NCBI GenBank assembly: GCA_963785725.1
Contig: CAWAWS010000014.1
Coordinates: 288,001-352,000 of the forward strand
DNA from: an uncultured delta proteobacterium
GTDB lineage: Bacteria; Myxococcota_A; Polyangia; Palsa-1104
Direction: 5' to 3'
Length of the DNA stretch: 64,000 bases
The position numbers and the translations under genes were made by a program. Below the pieces are notes generated by a model, which searched no databases, was not told the DNA's origin, and saw only the letters and a program-made list of their open reading frames with translations. The first letter of the stretch is position 1. The number at the start of each line of letters is the position of its first letter. Shown one piece after another: positions 1-10,461 of the stretch.

Positions 1-93
1 TGGGCGCCGGTCGCGTCGCCGCCCGACGATCCGGTGCGCTTCGACACGTCGCGTCTCATGAAGCCGGTCAAGGTGTCGAAGCTGCGCGGCTAA
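1..93 (+). CDS. 3' end of an unidentified CDS (partial)
   Basis: Frame 1 is open from base 1 (WAPVASPPDDPVRFDTSRLMKPVKVSKLRG) to TAA at 91-93, with GC-rich third positions. Confidence 0.55.
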   Translation, partial: WAPVASPPDDPVRFDTSRLMKPVKVSKLRG

Positions 94-288
94 AGTTCCC
101 GCGCCCATCACCACATACCGTTGATCCTGTAGGGTTTTGAGCGGCCTGGTACAGCTTGGGCAGTACAGGTTCAACGCCTGAGAAAATCGTTTCCACTGGC
201 GACGCCCGTCGCCTTCCTCTGACCATCGAGAATCGCGCGTTCTCGACGGAAAGTTCAGCTGGCCTGCGCCTTGAAATATCAGCCGTTC

Positions 289-645
289 ATGCGAAGCAAG
301 ATGGTGCTGGTGGTGGAGGACGATCATAACCTTCAGGAGTCGATCCGCGGGCTGGTCGAGCGCTGCGGCTTCAAGGTCGTGGCTGCTCGTTCGCTCGCCG
401 AGGCCCATTCGACGCTCAAGCGCATCACGCGCCCGTGTCTCATCCTGCTCGACACGCTGATGAAAGAGGGCCTGGAAGCGATGACGCAGCTGAGCGGGCA
501 GTATGCGCTCATCACCATCCCGGTGCGGCTGTCGACGAACAAGATTCGCCGCATGAGCAAGCGCACCGTGCACCTCGAGCTCTTGCGCGAAGCGTTGCAG
601 CAGCACTGCGGCAGCGACGAGACGGAGCCGGTCGTCGCGTCGTAA
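289..645 (+). CDS. single-domain response regulator receiver (atypical C-terminal half)
   Basis: VLVVEDD and LILLD receiver motifs; ATG 289 or 301 preferred over TTG 271. Confidence 0.75.
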   Translation: MRSKMVLVVEDDHNLQESIRGLVERCGFKVVAARSLAEAHSTLKRITRPCLILLDTLMKEGLEAMTQLSGQYALITIPVRLSTNKIRRMSKRTVHLELLREALQQHCGSDETEPVVAS

Positions 646-657
646 CTGCAAGCGGTG

Positions 658-1569
658 CTAGGGATTGGCGGCGGCTTCGTAGATGAGGCCCCAGCGGATG
701 CCGCGATCGCTGACGACGCAGTCGGCCACGCCGGCGCGCTCCATGACCCGCGCCAGAATGACGGCGCCGGCGAAGATGACGTCGGCGCGCTTGGGATCGA
801 GGCCGGGCGTGCGTCGCTTGTCGGCGAGCGCGGTGGTCGCCAGCTGGTTCACGAGCGCGTCGACGGTGGCGCGGCTGATCCGGCTGCCGTGGACGCGCGC
901 GCCGTCGTACGTCGTCAGCGACTGCGCCATCGCCGCCAGCGTCGTCACGGTGCCGGCGATGCCGACGAGCGTGCCGCGCGGCGCCGGCGCGTTGGCGAGC
1001 GCGGCGTCGACGAGGGCGACCAGCTGCGCGCGTTCGTCGGCGGTCGGCGGATCGTGCGCGACGAGGCGCTCGGTCAGCCGTACCGAGCCGATGGGCAGCG
1101 AGATGACGCTCTCGACCGTCGTGTCGCCGACGAGCAGCTCGGTCGAGCCGCCGCCGATGTCGACGATGGTGCGGGTGCCGGTCAGCTCGGGAAACGACGC
1201 GACGACGGCGCGCCACGCCAAGCGCGCCTCGCGCTCGCCGTCGATGACCTCGAGCTTGCCGCCGGCTTCGGCGAGCGCGCGATCGGCCGCCGCCACGAAC
1301 GCCGCGCCGTTCGCCGCCTTGCGTGTGGCCTCGGTGGCGACGGCGACGAAGCGCTCGCAGTCGTAGAAGCGCACGGCCGCCGTGAACTCGACCAGCACCG
1401 CCAGCGTGCGCTCGATCGCGGCCGGCGCGAGCAGGCCCGTCTTGTCGAGCCCTTGGCCGAGCCGCACGATCTCGGCGCGTTCGTCGAGGGCGACCGCGCG
1501 ACCGTCGGCGACGTCGGCGATCGTCAACAGCGCCGTATTCGTACCCAAGTCGATGGCGGCGACGCGCAC
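658..1569 (-). CDS. ppx: Ppx/GppA family phosphatase (short form)
   Basis: AAIDLGTNT, ATEATRKAAN, IDGEREA, DIGGGSTE and RADVI motifs. Confidence 0.92.
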   Translation of the reverse strand: MRVAAIDLGTNTALLTIADVADGRAVALDERAEIVRLGQGLDKTGLLAPAAIERTLAVLVEFTAAVRFYDCERFVAVATEATRKAANGAAFVAAADRALAEAGGKLEVIDGEREARLAWRAVVASFPELTGTRTIVDIGGGSTELLVGDTTVESVISLPIGSVRLTERLVAHDPPTADERAQLVALVDAALANAPAPRGTLVGIAGTVTTLAAMAQSLTTYDGARVHGSRISRATVDALVNQLATTALADKRRTPGLDPKRADVIFAGAVILARVMERAGVADCVVSDRGIRWGLIYEAAANP

Positions 1570-1570
1570 G

Positions 1571-2902
1571 TTATTTCTTGCTCAGCGACGGACCCCAGCT
1601 CGGCGCGACGACGCTGCCCTTGTAGATCTGCCGCTCCGTCCGTCCGTCGGCCGTCGAGATCCACAAGCCGCCCCGCGACGACTGATACGCGACGGCGCGA
1701 CCGTTCGGCGCCCACGTCGGATGCAAGTTCGAGCCGTGGCCTTCGGTGACGCGCACCATCTCGCCCGTGTCGACGTTGAGCGTGAAGATGTCGTAGGCCA
1801 TCTTCTCGTCGCGCGCCGAGAACGCGATGAGCGGCACGTCTTTGCGCGGGCACCACGCCGGCTCTTGGTTGTAGTTGCCGCGGCGCGTGAGCTTCTGCTG
1901 ATTCGAGCCGTCGGCGTTCATGACCCAAATCTGCGGCGAGCCGTGGCGATCGCTGACGAAGGCGATGCGCGAGCCGTCCGGCGAGAACGTCGGCGAGGTG
2001 TCGATGAACGGCGTATTCGTCAGCCGCTTCAACACCGAGCCATCGCGCGCCAGCAAGTAGATCTCGCTGTTGCCGTCTTGCGAGAGCGTCACCGCGATCT
2101 TCTGTCCGTCGGGCGAGAACGAGGCGCCCATGTTCAACCCCGGCCGCGCCGAGATCGACTTGGGCTTGCCGCCCGTCGACGGAATCAAATAGAGGTCGGG
2201 CTTGCCGGAGCTGAACGACGTGAACGCCAGCTCGCTGCCCGTCGGCGACCACGACGGCAAGATGTTCTGCGACGAATGCGTGAGCGCGTGCAGCCCGAAG
2301 CCGTCCCAATCGGCGACGAAGAGATCGCGCCGGCGCGTGCCGGTGTCGCCGGCGAACGCCACTTGCGACGCGAAGAATCCGTCTTCACCCGTGTAATATT
2401 TGACGACTTCGTTGGCGAACTCGTGCGCCAAGAGCCGCGCGCCCGAGATCGCGCCGCGATAATCCTTCGACAGCACCGGCTGATCGCCTTTGGCGACCTC
2501 GAACAGGCGAAACTCGTATTTGACGTCGCTGCCGTAGCCGGTCGCGCGCGCCTTGATGACGCCTTCGGCGCCGACGTTGCGCCAATCTTGCGGGTTGATC
2601 GTCAGCTGCTCGGCCTGCAGGTTGGCCAGATAGCCCGCCGGATCGACGATCTTGAAGTAGCCCGACAGCGACAGATCGTTGCTCAGCACGTCGGACGCCG
2701 TCTTGGCCGTGTCCTTGTCGCCGAGCGGCATCGGCACCGCGATCTTGTACAGACCGCTCGCGCCGGGCGAGATCTTGAAGTGCACGCCGTCGTCGCCGCT
2801 GGCCTGCGCCCGCGTCGGCCGCTGCGTCGCCAAGAGCACCAACGCCATCGTCGCTACAAACGTCGTCGCCAGGACGATCTGCTTTCGGGCCGTCGTCGTC
2901 AT
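1571..2902 (-). CDS. tolB: Tol-Pal beta-propeller protein TolB
   Basis: Signal peptide, AHEFANEV TolB_N segment, PD40 repeats (PSWSPTG, SFSPDG, PTFSPDG); follows tolA. Start is ATG 2902 or GTG 2908, not 3148. Confidence 0.9.
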   Translation of the reverse strand: MTTTARKQIVLATTFVATMALVLLATQRPTRAQASGDDGVHFKISPGASGLYKIAVPMPLGDKDTAKTASDVLSNDLSLSGYFKIVDPAGYLANLQAEQLTINPQDWRNVGAEGVIKARATGYGSDVKYEFRLFEVAKGDQPVLSKDYRGAISGARLLAHEFANEVVKYYTGEDGFFASQVAFAGDTGTRRRDLFVADWDGFGLHALTHSSQNILPSWSPTGSELAFTSFSSGKPDLYLIPSTGGKPKSISARPGLNMGASFSPDGQKIAVTLSQDGNSEIYLLARDGSVLKRLTNTPFIDTSPTFSPDGSRIAFVSDRHGSPQIWVMNADGSNQQKLTRRGNYNQEPAWCPRKDVPLIAFSARDEKMAYDIFTLNVDTGEMVRVTEGHGSNLHPTWAPNGRAVAYQSSRGGLWISTADGRTERQIYKGSVVAPSWGPSLSKK

Positions 2903-2904
2903 GA

Positions 2905-3621
2905 TCACTGTTTGCTGAAGGTGGGGCAGAGCTTGCCGCGCGACGCCGCCGAGTGCCAACGCTCGGGCGGCGGCGGCAGCTGCTTGATGGTCGACAGCGT
3001 GGCTTCGAGCGAGCTGTTGAACTGCGAATTCTTGCTCGGGTGAACGATCTCGTAATGCGTGAGCGCGCCCGAGTCGCCGATGGTCAAGCAGACGTCGGCC
3101 GACAGCTGCGCCAATTCGCTGTCGCGCAAGGTCGTCGGCACCGTCCACGCCGTGCCGATCTGATCGACGAGCGCGAGAATGTACGGGTCGCCTTTGGCCT
3201 CGGTGGCGTTGCCGGCGCGCGAGCCGGTCAGCGAGCCCTCTTGGTTGTCGATGCCCTCGGGCTGATCTTCGAGCTGCTTGAACTGCTCGGCGTGCGTCTT
3301 CTTCAGCGGATCGATCTCGTCCGGCTTGGGCAGCTTGTCGAGATGCGGCAGCTGATTCATGTCGCGCGCCACTCTGATCTCGGGCGCCGGCCCTTTGTTC
3401 TTCACGACGCCCTGTTTATGCGGCAAGAACGACATGTCGCGCGGCTTTCCGAAGCGCACCAACGACGCATCCACGAACTGCAGCTTGCCCACCGGCTTCG
3501 GCCGATCGCCGATGGCGCGCGCGATGAACGCGCCGCCGAGCACCGCCGCGTGCAAGAGCACGGTGATGGCGATGGCGATATTGCGCAGCGGATCGCGCCG
3601 CTCGGCCGCGACCGGCTGCAT
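2905..3621 (-). CDS. tolA: TolA/TonB C-terminal domain protein
   Basis: N-terminal TM helix with His (TVLLHAAVL); C-terminal WTVP...SKNSQFNSS...LPPPP TonB_2-like domain; lies between tolR and tolB. Confidence 0.75.
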   Translation of the reverse strand: MQPVAAERRDPLRNIAIAITVLLHAAVLGGAFIARAIGDRPKPVGKLQFVDASLVRFGKPRDMSFLPHKQGVVKNKGPAPEIRVARDMNQLPHLDKLPKPDEIDPLKKTHAEQFKQLEDQPEGIDNQEGSLTGSRAGNATEAKGDPYILALVDQIGTAWTVPTTLRDSELAQLSADVCLTIGDSGALTHYEIVHPSKNSQFNSSLEATLSTIKQLPPPPERWHSAASRGKLCPTFSKQ

Positions 3622-3658
3622 CAGCGCGCCCTCGCCGGGCGCATGGATTGGCTCATGA

Positions 3659-4084
3659 TCACTTCAACGGATCGGTCACGAGACCGATCTTTTCGCCGCC
3701 GTTACGCGACAGCGCGGCCATGACTTTGACGACGTCGCCGTACGGAAGCGCTTGATCCGCGTGCACATAGACCTCGCGCTCGGCTTGCAGCTTCTGATTG
3801 CCCTTGAGCGCCTTCTCGAAGTCGTCGCCGAACTTGAACGGCGTCTTGACGATGTAAACGGTGCCGTCTTTGTCGAACTCTTTGGGCACCGTGATGATCA
3901 GCTTGCCTTGATCGTCGGGGATCGCCTGCGCGTCCGCTTTCGGCAAGGTCACCGGAACGCCCGTTTGCAGCATCGGCGCCGCGACCATGAAAATGATCAG
4001 CAGAACCAGCATGACGTCGACCATCGGCGTCACGTTGATGTCGGCCATCAGGCCGCCGCCACTTCCACCCGTCGACATCGCCAT
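3659..4084 (-). CDS. tolR: TolR/ExbD biopolymer transport protein
   Basis: DINVTPMVDVMLVLLIIFMV; ADQALPYGDVVKVM. Confidence 0.93.
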   Translation of the reverse strand: MAMSTGGSGGGLMADINVTPMVDVMLVLLIIFMVAAPMLQTGVPVTLPKADAQAIPDDQGKLIITVPKEFDKDGTVYIVKTPFKFGDDFEKALKGNQKLQAEREVYVHADQALPYGDVVKVMAALSRNGGEKIGLVTDPLK

Positions 4085-4085
4085 T

Positions 4086-4229
4086 AAACAGCGTCTCCTT
4101 GCTCGTGATCCTTCGCGCGATCCTGCGTCCGTCGCTGCGGTGCCTGCTCACATACCCAGACGTATGCTGCGCGGGCTGCACGCGTCGTCCTTGTCTCCCG
4201 CTCGTCTCCCAACCAATGAGGCACTGTTT
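4086..4229. repeat. 144-bp element bounded by imperfect 16-bp inverted repeats (MITE-like or structured RNA)
   Basis: AAACAGCGTCTCCTTG (4086-4101) versus the reverse complement of 4214-4229, AAACAGTGCCTCATTG (13/16); internal CATAC...GTATG hairpin. Confidence 0.55.
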
Positions 4230-4234
4230 GCCTC

Positions 4235-4978
4235 CTACCTCAGGAAGTTGCGTTTCACGATGTTGAGGAAGTCGGCCGAAAACGCGTCCATGTCCGACGT
4301 CAAGACTTTGATCTTACGCGCGAACCAGTTGTACGCCATGACCGCGGGCACGGCCGCGATGAGGCCGACGGCCGTCGTCCCGAGCGCTTCGGCGATGCCC
4401 GGCGCCACCGTCGCCAAGTTGGCCGAGCCTTGGTTGGCGATCTGATGGAACGCGTCGATGATGCCGATGACGGTGCCAAAGAGGCCGATGAACGGCGCCG
4501 CCGACCCGACCGTCGCCAGAAACGGCACCATCGACTCGAGCACCGTCGTCTCGTGCGTGAAGGCGCGGCGCAGCGCGCGCTCGATGTTCTCGAGGTCGCC
4601 TTCGCCGTGCCAGACCTCGCCGTGCTGCTGCCGGCCGTCGCCTTGCGCCTTGGCGTTCTGCAGCTTCGACAGCTCGACGTAGCCCGCCTTGAACATGTGC
4701 GCGATCGGCGAGCGCCGCTTCTGCTCGGCCTCGCTGTAGACCGCGTCGAGCCGCTTGGCTTGCCAAAAGGCTTCCAAGAAGCGCTCCGACTCGCCTTGCG
4801 CGCGGTTGAGATAGAGCGCCTTGTAGCCGATCACGTACCAACCGATGATCGAGAGGCACACCAGCAAAAAGAGGACGCCGCGTACGACGCCGGAAGAGCC
4901 GAGGAGCAGCTGCAGCAGGTCGAAGTTGCCACTGCCGCCCTGCGCCGCCATCGGCGCCGCGAAAAGGAGGGTCGCCAT
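4235..4978 (-). CDS. tolQ: TolQ/MotA/ExbB proton channel protein
   Basis: LATVGSAAPFIGLFGTVIGI and VAPGIAEALGTTAVGL; alternative start GTG 4996. Confidence 0.93.
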   Translation of the reverse strand: MATLLFAAPMAAQGGSGNFDLLQLLLGSSGVVRGVLFLLVCLSIIGWYVIGYKALYLNRAQGESERFLEAFWQAKRLDAVYSEAEQKRRSPIAHMFKAGYVELSKLQNAKAQGDGRQQHGEVWHGEGDLENIERALRRAFTHETTVLESMVPFLATVGSAAPFIGLFGTVIGIIDAFHQIANQGSANLATVAPGIAEALGTTAVGLIAAVPAVMAYNWFARKIKVLTSDMDAFSADFLNIVKRNFLR

Positions 4979-5037
4979 CGTCGTCACGGGTACCACGCGG
5001 CTCGCGCTGCGTCAAACCGTGCTACCGTCGAGGACCG

Positions 5038-5547
5038 ATGCGCTTTTGCCGATTCGCGGTCGCGCTCATGGCCCTCCTGCTCGCCGCCGGCTGTCAGGGC
5101 GACGGCGGCGCCGTCAGCGTGCGCTGGCGAATCGTCGACCTGTCGACCGGCCAGGCGTGGGACGCCAACGACAAGAACATCGACTTCCAAGGCAAGTTCT
5201 GCTGCCGCGTCGAAGACAAGACGTGCAACTCGAGCAACTGGCTCGTCTACGAGGTCTACGTCGTGCTCGCCAATGCCGAGACCGGCGTCGCGATGGATCT
5301 CGGCAGCGAGGAGCCGATCGCGCCGTGCGCCGCGCGCGAGCTGACGTCGAAGTTCGACCTGCCGACCGGCACTTGGGCGATCTCGCTCGCAGCCAATGCG
5401 TCCGATATGGGCACGCCGGTCGTCACGCCCGCGCCGCAGCTGCGCGACATCGAGAGCGGCGCCGTGGTCAACTTGGACGTGGTCGAGATTGGCGTCGATC
5501 CGCTACCGCGTCCCTTGCCGACGCCCGATGCGGGGGTTACACAATAG
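5038..5547 (+). CDS. hypothetical lipoprotein
   Basis: Signal peptide with lipobox LAAG-C; good codon bias. Confidence 0.75.
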   Translation: MRFCRFAVALMALLLAAGCQGDGGAVSVRWRIVDLSTGQAWDANDKNIDFQGKFCCRVEDKTCNSSNWLVYEVYVVLANAETGVAMDLGSEEPIAPCAARELTSKFDLPTGTWAISLAANASDMGTPVVTPAPQLRDIESGAVVNLDVVEIGVDPLPRPLPTPDAGVTQ

Positions 5548-5549
5548 AT

Positions 5550-6311
5550 ATGGCTCGTGCTCCAGCCCGTCGTGGCGGCCCTTCGATCATCGATCAGTAC
5601 GGCCTCAGGCCCGATCGCGGCGTCCTTTCGCTGTTGGCGGTGTATCTGGCGTCGTGGGCGATCATCAACTTCGGCGGCGCGGGCGTGCAGGCGTTCGCCG
5701 CCAAGCATCTGCTGCTCACGCCGCGCAGCGCCATCGGCTTCGAGCCTTGGCAGCTCATCACCAACGGCTTCGTCGTCGATGAGCTGGAGAGCGTCTTCTT
5801 CCTCTCGATCACGCTGATCTTCTTCGGCAATCAAGTCGAGCGCCTGCTCGGCGCGGGTAAGCTGTGGGCGGTTTATATCGCCGGCATCTTCGGCGGCAGC
5901 TTGCTGTGGGCGCTCTTGTCGCGCGTCTTTTGGCCCGACTTGACCGTCGTCGTCAGCACCGCCGCCGGCACTGCCATCTTGGCCGCCTACGCCGTGCAGC
6001 TCAGCCGGCAGCAGGTCTCGGCGTTCGGCGCGGTGCAAATGAGCGGCGGCGCCATCGCCTGGATCTGGATCGGCATCGCCGTCATCAGCGCGCTGTTTCG
6101 CGCGGCCAAGGGCCATTGGCTGTCGGCGTTGATGGAGCTCGTCGGCATGTTGGGCGGCGGCATCGCCGGCTACTTGATGGTGCGGCGCGGCGGCTTCAGC
6201 TTCGGCGGCGTCCGCGATTCGATGGACCGCGTCAAGATGTGGCGGCTGCGACGGCGCTACAAAGTCATTTCGGGCGGCCGCAGCGGCGACGACAAGAGAT
6301 ACTTGAACTAA
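5550..6311 (+). CDS. rhomboid-fold membrane protein (probably inactive)
   Basis: EPWQLIT and FFGNQVERLLG rhomboid motifs, multiple TM helices; true start ATG 5550 lies inside ORF 4845. Confidence 0.8.
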   Translation: MARAPARRGGPSIIDQYGLRPDRGVLSLLAVYLASWAIINFGGAGVQAFAAKHLLLTPRSAIGFEPWQLITNGFVVDELESVFFLSITLIFFGNQVERLLGAGKLWAVYIAGIFGGSLLWALLSRVFWPDLTVVVSTAAGTAILAAYAVQLSRQQVSAFGAVQMSGGAIAWIWIGIAVISALFRAAKGHWLSALMELVGMLGGGIAGYLMVRRGGFSFGGVRDSMDRVKMWRLRRRYKVISGGRSGDDKRYLN

Positions 6312-6338
6312 TAATGCTGCGCTAATATAGAAGGCCGC

Positions 6339-7781
<1,443 letters not shown>

Positions 7782-7808
7782 TCGGCGAATCAGCGACTGG
7801 GAATGAAG

Positions 7809-7837
7809 CGCGCGCGCCAATCGTCTCGGCGCGCGCG
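7809..7837. terminator. hairpin between convergent genes (possible terminator)
   Basis: CGCGCGCGCC-N9-GGCGCGCGCG, a 10-bp stem with no clear U-tract. Confidence 0.4.
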
Positions 7838-7847
7838 ATGAGGCGGG

Positions 7848-9035
7848 TTACTTCTTCTTCTGCGGCGGACGCTGCGTCGGATGCTGCGCCGGCGGATGGT
7901 ACGTCGTCGCGCCGCCCGGCGCCGGATGCTGCGGCTGCGGCTGCGGGCGATAGGGCTCGCTCGCGCCGATGTGCGGCGCCGGCCGCGCGCCCTGCTGCGG
8001 ATGGAACTCCTGCGCCGGCTGCTGCTGCACCGGATGCATCGGCTGGCTCGGGTGGTACTCCTGCACCGGATGCATCGGCTGGCTCGGGTGGTACTCCTGC
8101 GCCGGATGCATCGGCTGCTGCTGCTGAATCGGACGAACCGGCTGCCCATGATACGGCTCGCCCGGATGTCCCGGCTGGCCGCCGTGGAAGCCGCCCGGCG
8201 CGCCGCCCGGACGAACCGGCCGACCCGGCGCCGGCGCACCGACGGGAGCGCCGGCGCGAACCTCGACCGGCCGCGGCGCGCCACCCGGACGATACGGCGG
8301 CGGCGGCGCGATCGGACGCGAGCCCGGCGGCGGCGGCATCACGACGCGCGGCCGACCTTCGACGTGCACGAACGCGTCGCGACGTCCGCCCGGCGGCGCC
8401 GGCACGAACGCGCCGCGGAATCCCACCGGCGGCGGGAAGACGCGGTAGCCCGGCCGCGGCGGCACGACGCGCACGTAGACCGTCGGTGGCGGCGGCTGGA
8501 AGATGTAGCCCGGCCGGCCCCAGAAGCCTTCGACGATGACGACGTTGCCGCCGCGCACCTCGTAATACGGCTCGTTGTAGACGAAGCCCGGCTGCGGCGG
8601 CAGCGTCCAGCGGCCACGCACCCAAACCCACTCACCGCGCCAACGCCAGAAGCCATTGACCCAAATCGCGCCATCCCACGGCGCGTAGCCCGGGTCTTCC
8701 TCGATGTACGGCGGCGGCGCGGCCGGCGCGGCGATCGCTTCCGGCTGTCCGACCGGATATTGATCGACCGTCTCCGACGGCGGCGGCGGCTGATTCGGAT
8801 CGTAATACTCGTCGTCGACGTCGGCTTCGGGCGGCGCCGGATTCTGCTCCGAATATTGCGCCTGCTGCACCTCGGGCGGCGGCTGATACTGCGCCTGCGG
8901 CGGCGGCTGGTACTGATACTGCTGTACCGGCTGCTGCGCGACGGGCGGCGGGGGTTGATACTGAGGTTGTGGCGGTGGGCTCTCGGCGCAGCCCAACAGC
9001 GTGGCTGTCAGCACGAGCGTCAACTTCCGTCTCAT
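7848..9035 (-). CDS. Pro/Gln-rich lipoprotein with WXXGXW repeats
   Basis: MRRKLTLVLTATLLG-C lipobox; WVNGFW, WVRGRW, IVEGFW; low-complexity termini. Confidence 0.78.
   Translation of the reverse strand: MRRKLTLVLTATLLGCAESPPPQPQYQPPPPVAQQPVQQYQYQPPPQAQYQPPPEVQQAQYSEQNPAPPEADVDDEYYDPNQPPPPSETVDQYPVGQPEAIAAPAAPPPYIEEDPGYAPWDGAIWVNGFWRWRGEWVWVRGRWTLPPQPGFVYNEPYYEVRGGNVVIVEGFWGRPGYIFQPPPPTVYVRVVPPRPGYRVFPPPVGFRGAFVPAPPGGRRDAFVHVEGRPRVVMPPPPGSRPIAPPPPYRPGGAPRPVEVRAGAPVGAPAPGRPVRPGGAPGGFHGGQPGHPGEPYHGQPVRPIQQQQPMHPAQEYHPSQPMHPVQEYHPSQPMHPVQQQPAQEFHPQQGARPAPHIGASEPYRPQPQPQHPAPGGATTYHPPAQHPTQRPPQKKK
8025..8117. repeat. 36-bp coding tandem repeat, about 2.6 copies
   Basis: CTGCACCGGATGCATCGGCTGGCTCGGGTGGTACTC at 8025 and 8061, partial copy at 8097; encodes EYHPSQPMHPVQ. 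Confidence 0.9.
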
Positions 9036-9097
9036 CCGAATCCTCCTGGGCATTGGACGGCTGCAAAACATAAGTCATTCATTATAGTGTGAACCGC

Positions 9098-10078
9098 ATG
9101 GAAACGGTGTTTTCTGGCATTCAGCCTTCGGGCGGCTTTCATATCGGTAACTATTTCGGGGCCGTGCAGAACTGGGTCGAGCTGCAGTCGAGCTATCGCT
9201 GCCTCTACTGCATTGTCGATTTGCACTCGCTGACGCAGTCGTATGACCCGAAAGAGATGCCCGATCGCGTGGTGACGCTGGCGGCGGAGCTGCTGGCGTC
9301 GGGCATCGATCCCAACCGCTCGGTGCTGTTCGTGCAGTCGCACGTGCCCGAGCACTCCGAGCTGGCGTGGATTCTGTCGTCGGTGACGCCGTACGGCGAG
9401 CTGTCGCGCATGACGCAATTCAAGGAGAAGAGCGAGCGCGAGCCCGACAACATCAACGCCGGCCTCATGAGCTATCCGATCTTGATGGCGGCCGATATTT
9501 TGCTGTATCGCGCGCAGCGCATTCCCGTCGGTGCTGACCAGATTCAGCACCTCGAGCTCGCGCGCGAGATTTGTCGCCGCTTCAACAGCCGCTTCGGCGA
9601 CGTCTTTCCCGAGCCGCAGCCGCTGCACACGAAGGTGACGAAGATCGTCGGGCTCGACGGCAAAGCGAAGATGTCGAAGTCGCTCGGCAACAGCGTGCAG
9701 ATCGCCGACGAGCCGGACGTCATTCGCACCAAGATCAAAGGCGCGTTCACCGACCCGAAGCGGCTCAAGAAGGCCGATCCCGGCCATCCTGACGAGTGCT
9801 ACGTCTGCTCGCTGCAGGGCCTGTTCGCGACGCCGGAAGAGACGGCGCAGTATCACGACAACTGCCGTAATGCGGCGTGGGGCTGCATCGACTCGAAGAA
9901 GGCGCTGGCCGAGAACATGGTCAAGAAGCTGGCGCCGATTCGCGAGGCGGCGGCCGAATGGAAGGCGCACCCCGAGCGTATTCGCCAGGTGCTCGGCGAC
10001 GGCGCGCAGACGGCGCGCGTGCTCGCCCACGACACGATGGAGAAAGTGCGGGCGGCGCTCGGCCTTTACGGCGGATGA
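9098..10078 (+). CDS. trpS: tryptophan--tRNA ligase
   Basis: FSGIQPSG, HIGN, YPILMAADILLY, VGADQ, KMSKS; alternative start GTG 9089. Confidence 0.97.
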   Translation: METVFSGIQPSGGFHIGNYFGAVQNWVELQSSYRCLYCIVDLHSLTQSYDPKEMPDRVVTLAAELLASGIDPNRSVLFVQSHVPEHSELAWILSSVTPYGELSRMTQFKEKSEREPDNINAGLMSYPILMAADILLYRAQRIPVGADQIQHLELAREICRRFNSRFGDVFPEPQPLHTKVTKIVGLDGKAKMSKSLGNSVQIADEPDVIRTKIKGAFTDPKRLKKADPGHPDECYVCSLQGLFATPEETAQYHDNCRNAAWGCIDSKKALAENMVKKLAPIREAAAEWKAHPERIRQVLGDGAQTARVLAHDTMEKVRAALGLYGG

Positions 10079-10461
10079 CGGCGCGACTGAAACATGTTCT
10101 AGTATTGGGTATGCTCGCGGGTTGCGGTGGTGCGCGTTCGCCCGAAGGCGCGGTTCGCGCGCTGCAAGAGGCGGCCGAGACCGGCGATCGCGACGCCGTG
10201 TGGCAGCTCTTGGGCCCGGCGACGCGGGCGCGGCTGACGGCGGACGCGCAAAAGGCGGCGCAAGCGGCCGGTCGTCGCGAATTGGGCCCGCGCGACCTGT
10301 TGGCCGCCGGCTGGTCGGCGCCGCGCTGGCACGCCGCCGAGTACGACGTGCTCGCCAGCGACGGGACGACCGCGACGGTCGAAGTGCGCGGCCCGGCGCA
10401 CGAACGCGAGACGCTGCGCTGTATCCGGCAAGGCGGGCAGTGGACGGTGGAGCTGCCGTGA
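10075..10461 (+). CDS. hypothetical lipoprotein
   Basis: ATGA overlap with trpS; lipobox MLAG-C. Confidence 0.7.
   Translation: MTARLKHVLVLGMLAGCGGARSPEGAVRALQEAAETGDRDAVWQLLGPATRARLTADAQKAAQAAGRRELGPRDLLAAGWSAPRWHAAEYDVLASDGTTATVEVRGPAHERETLRCIRQGGQWTVELP

Noticed and set aside
147..162. sigma54 promoter TGGTAC-AGCTT-GGGCA
   Set aside because: GG-N10-GC spacing is right, but the -12 element lacks TT; too weak to call.
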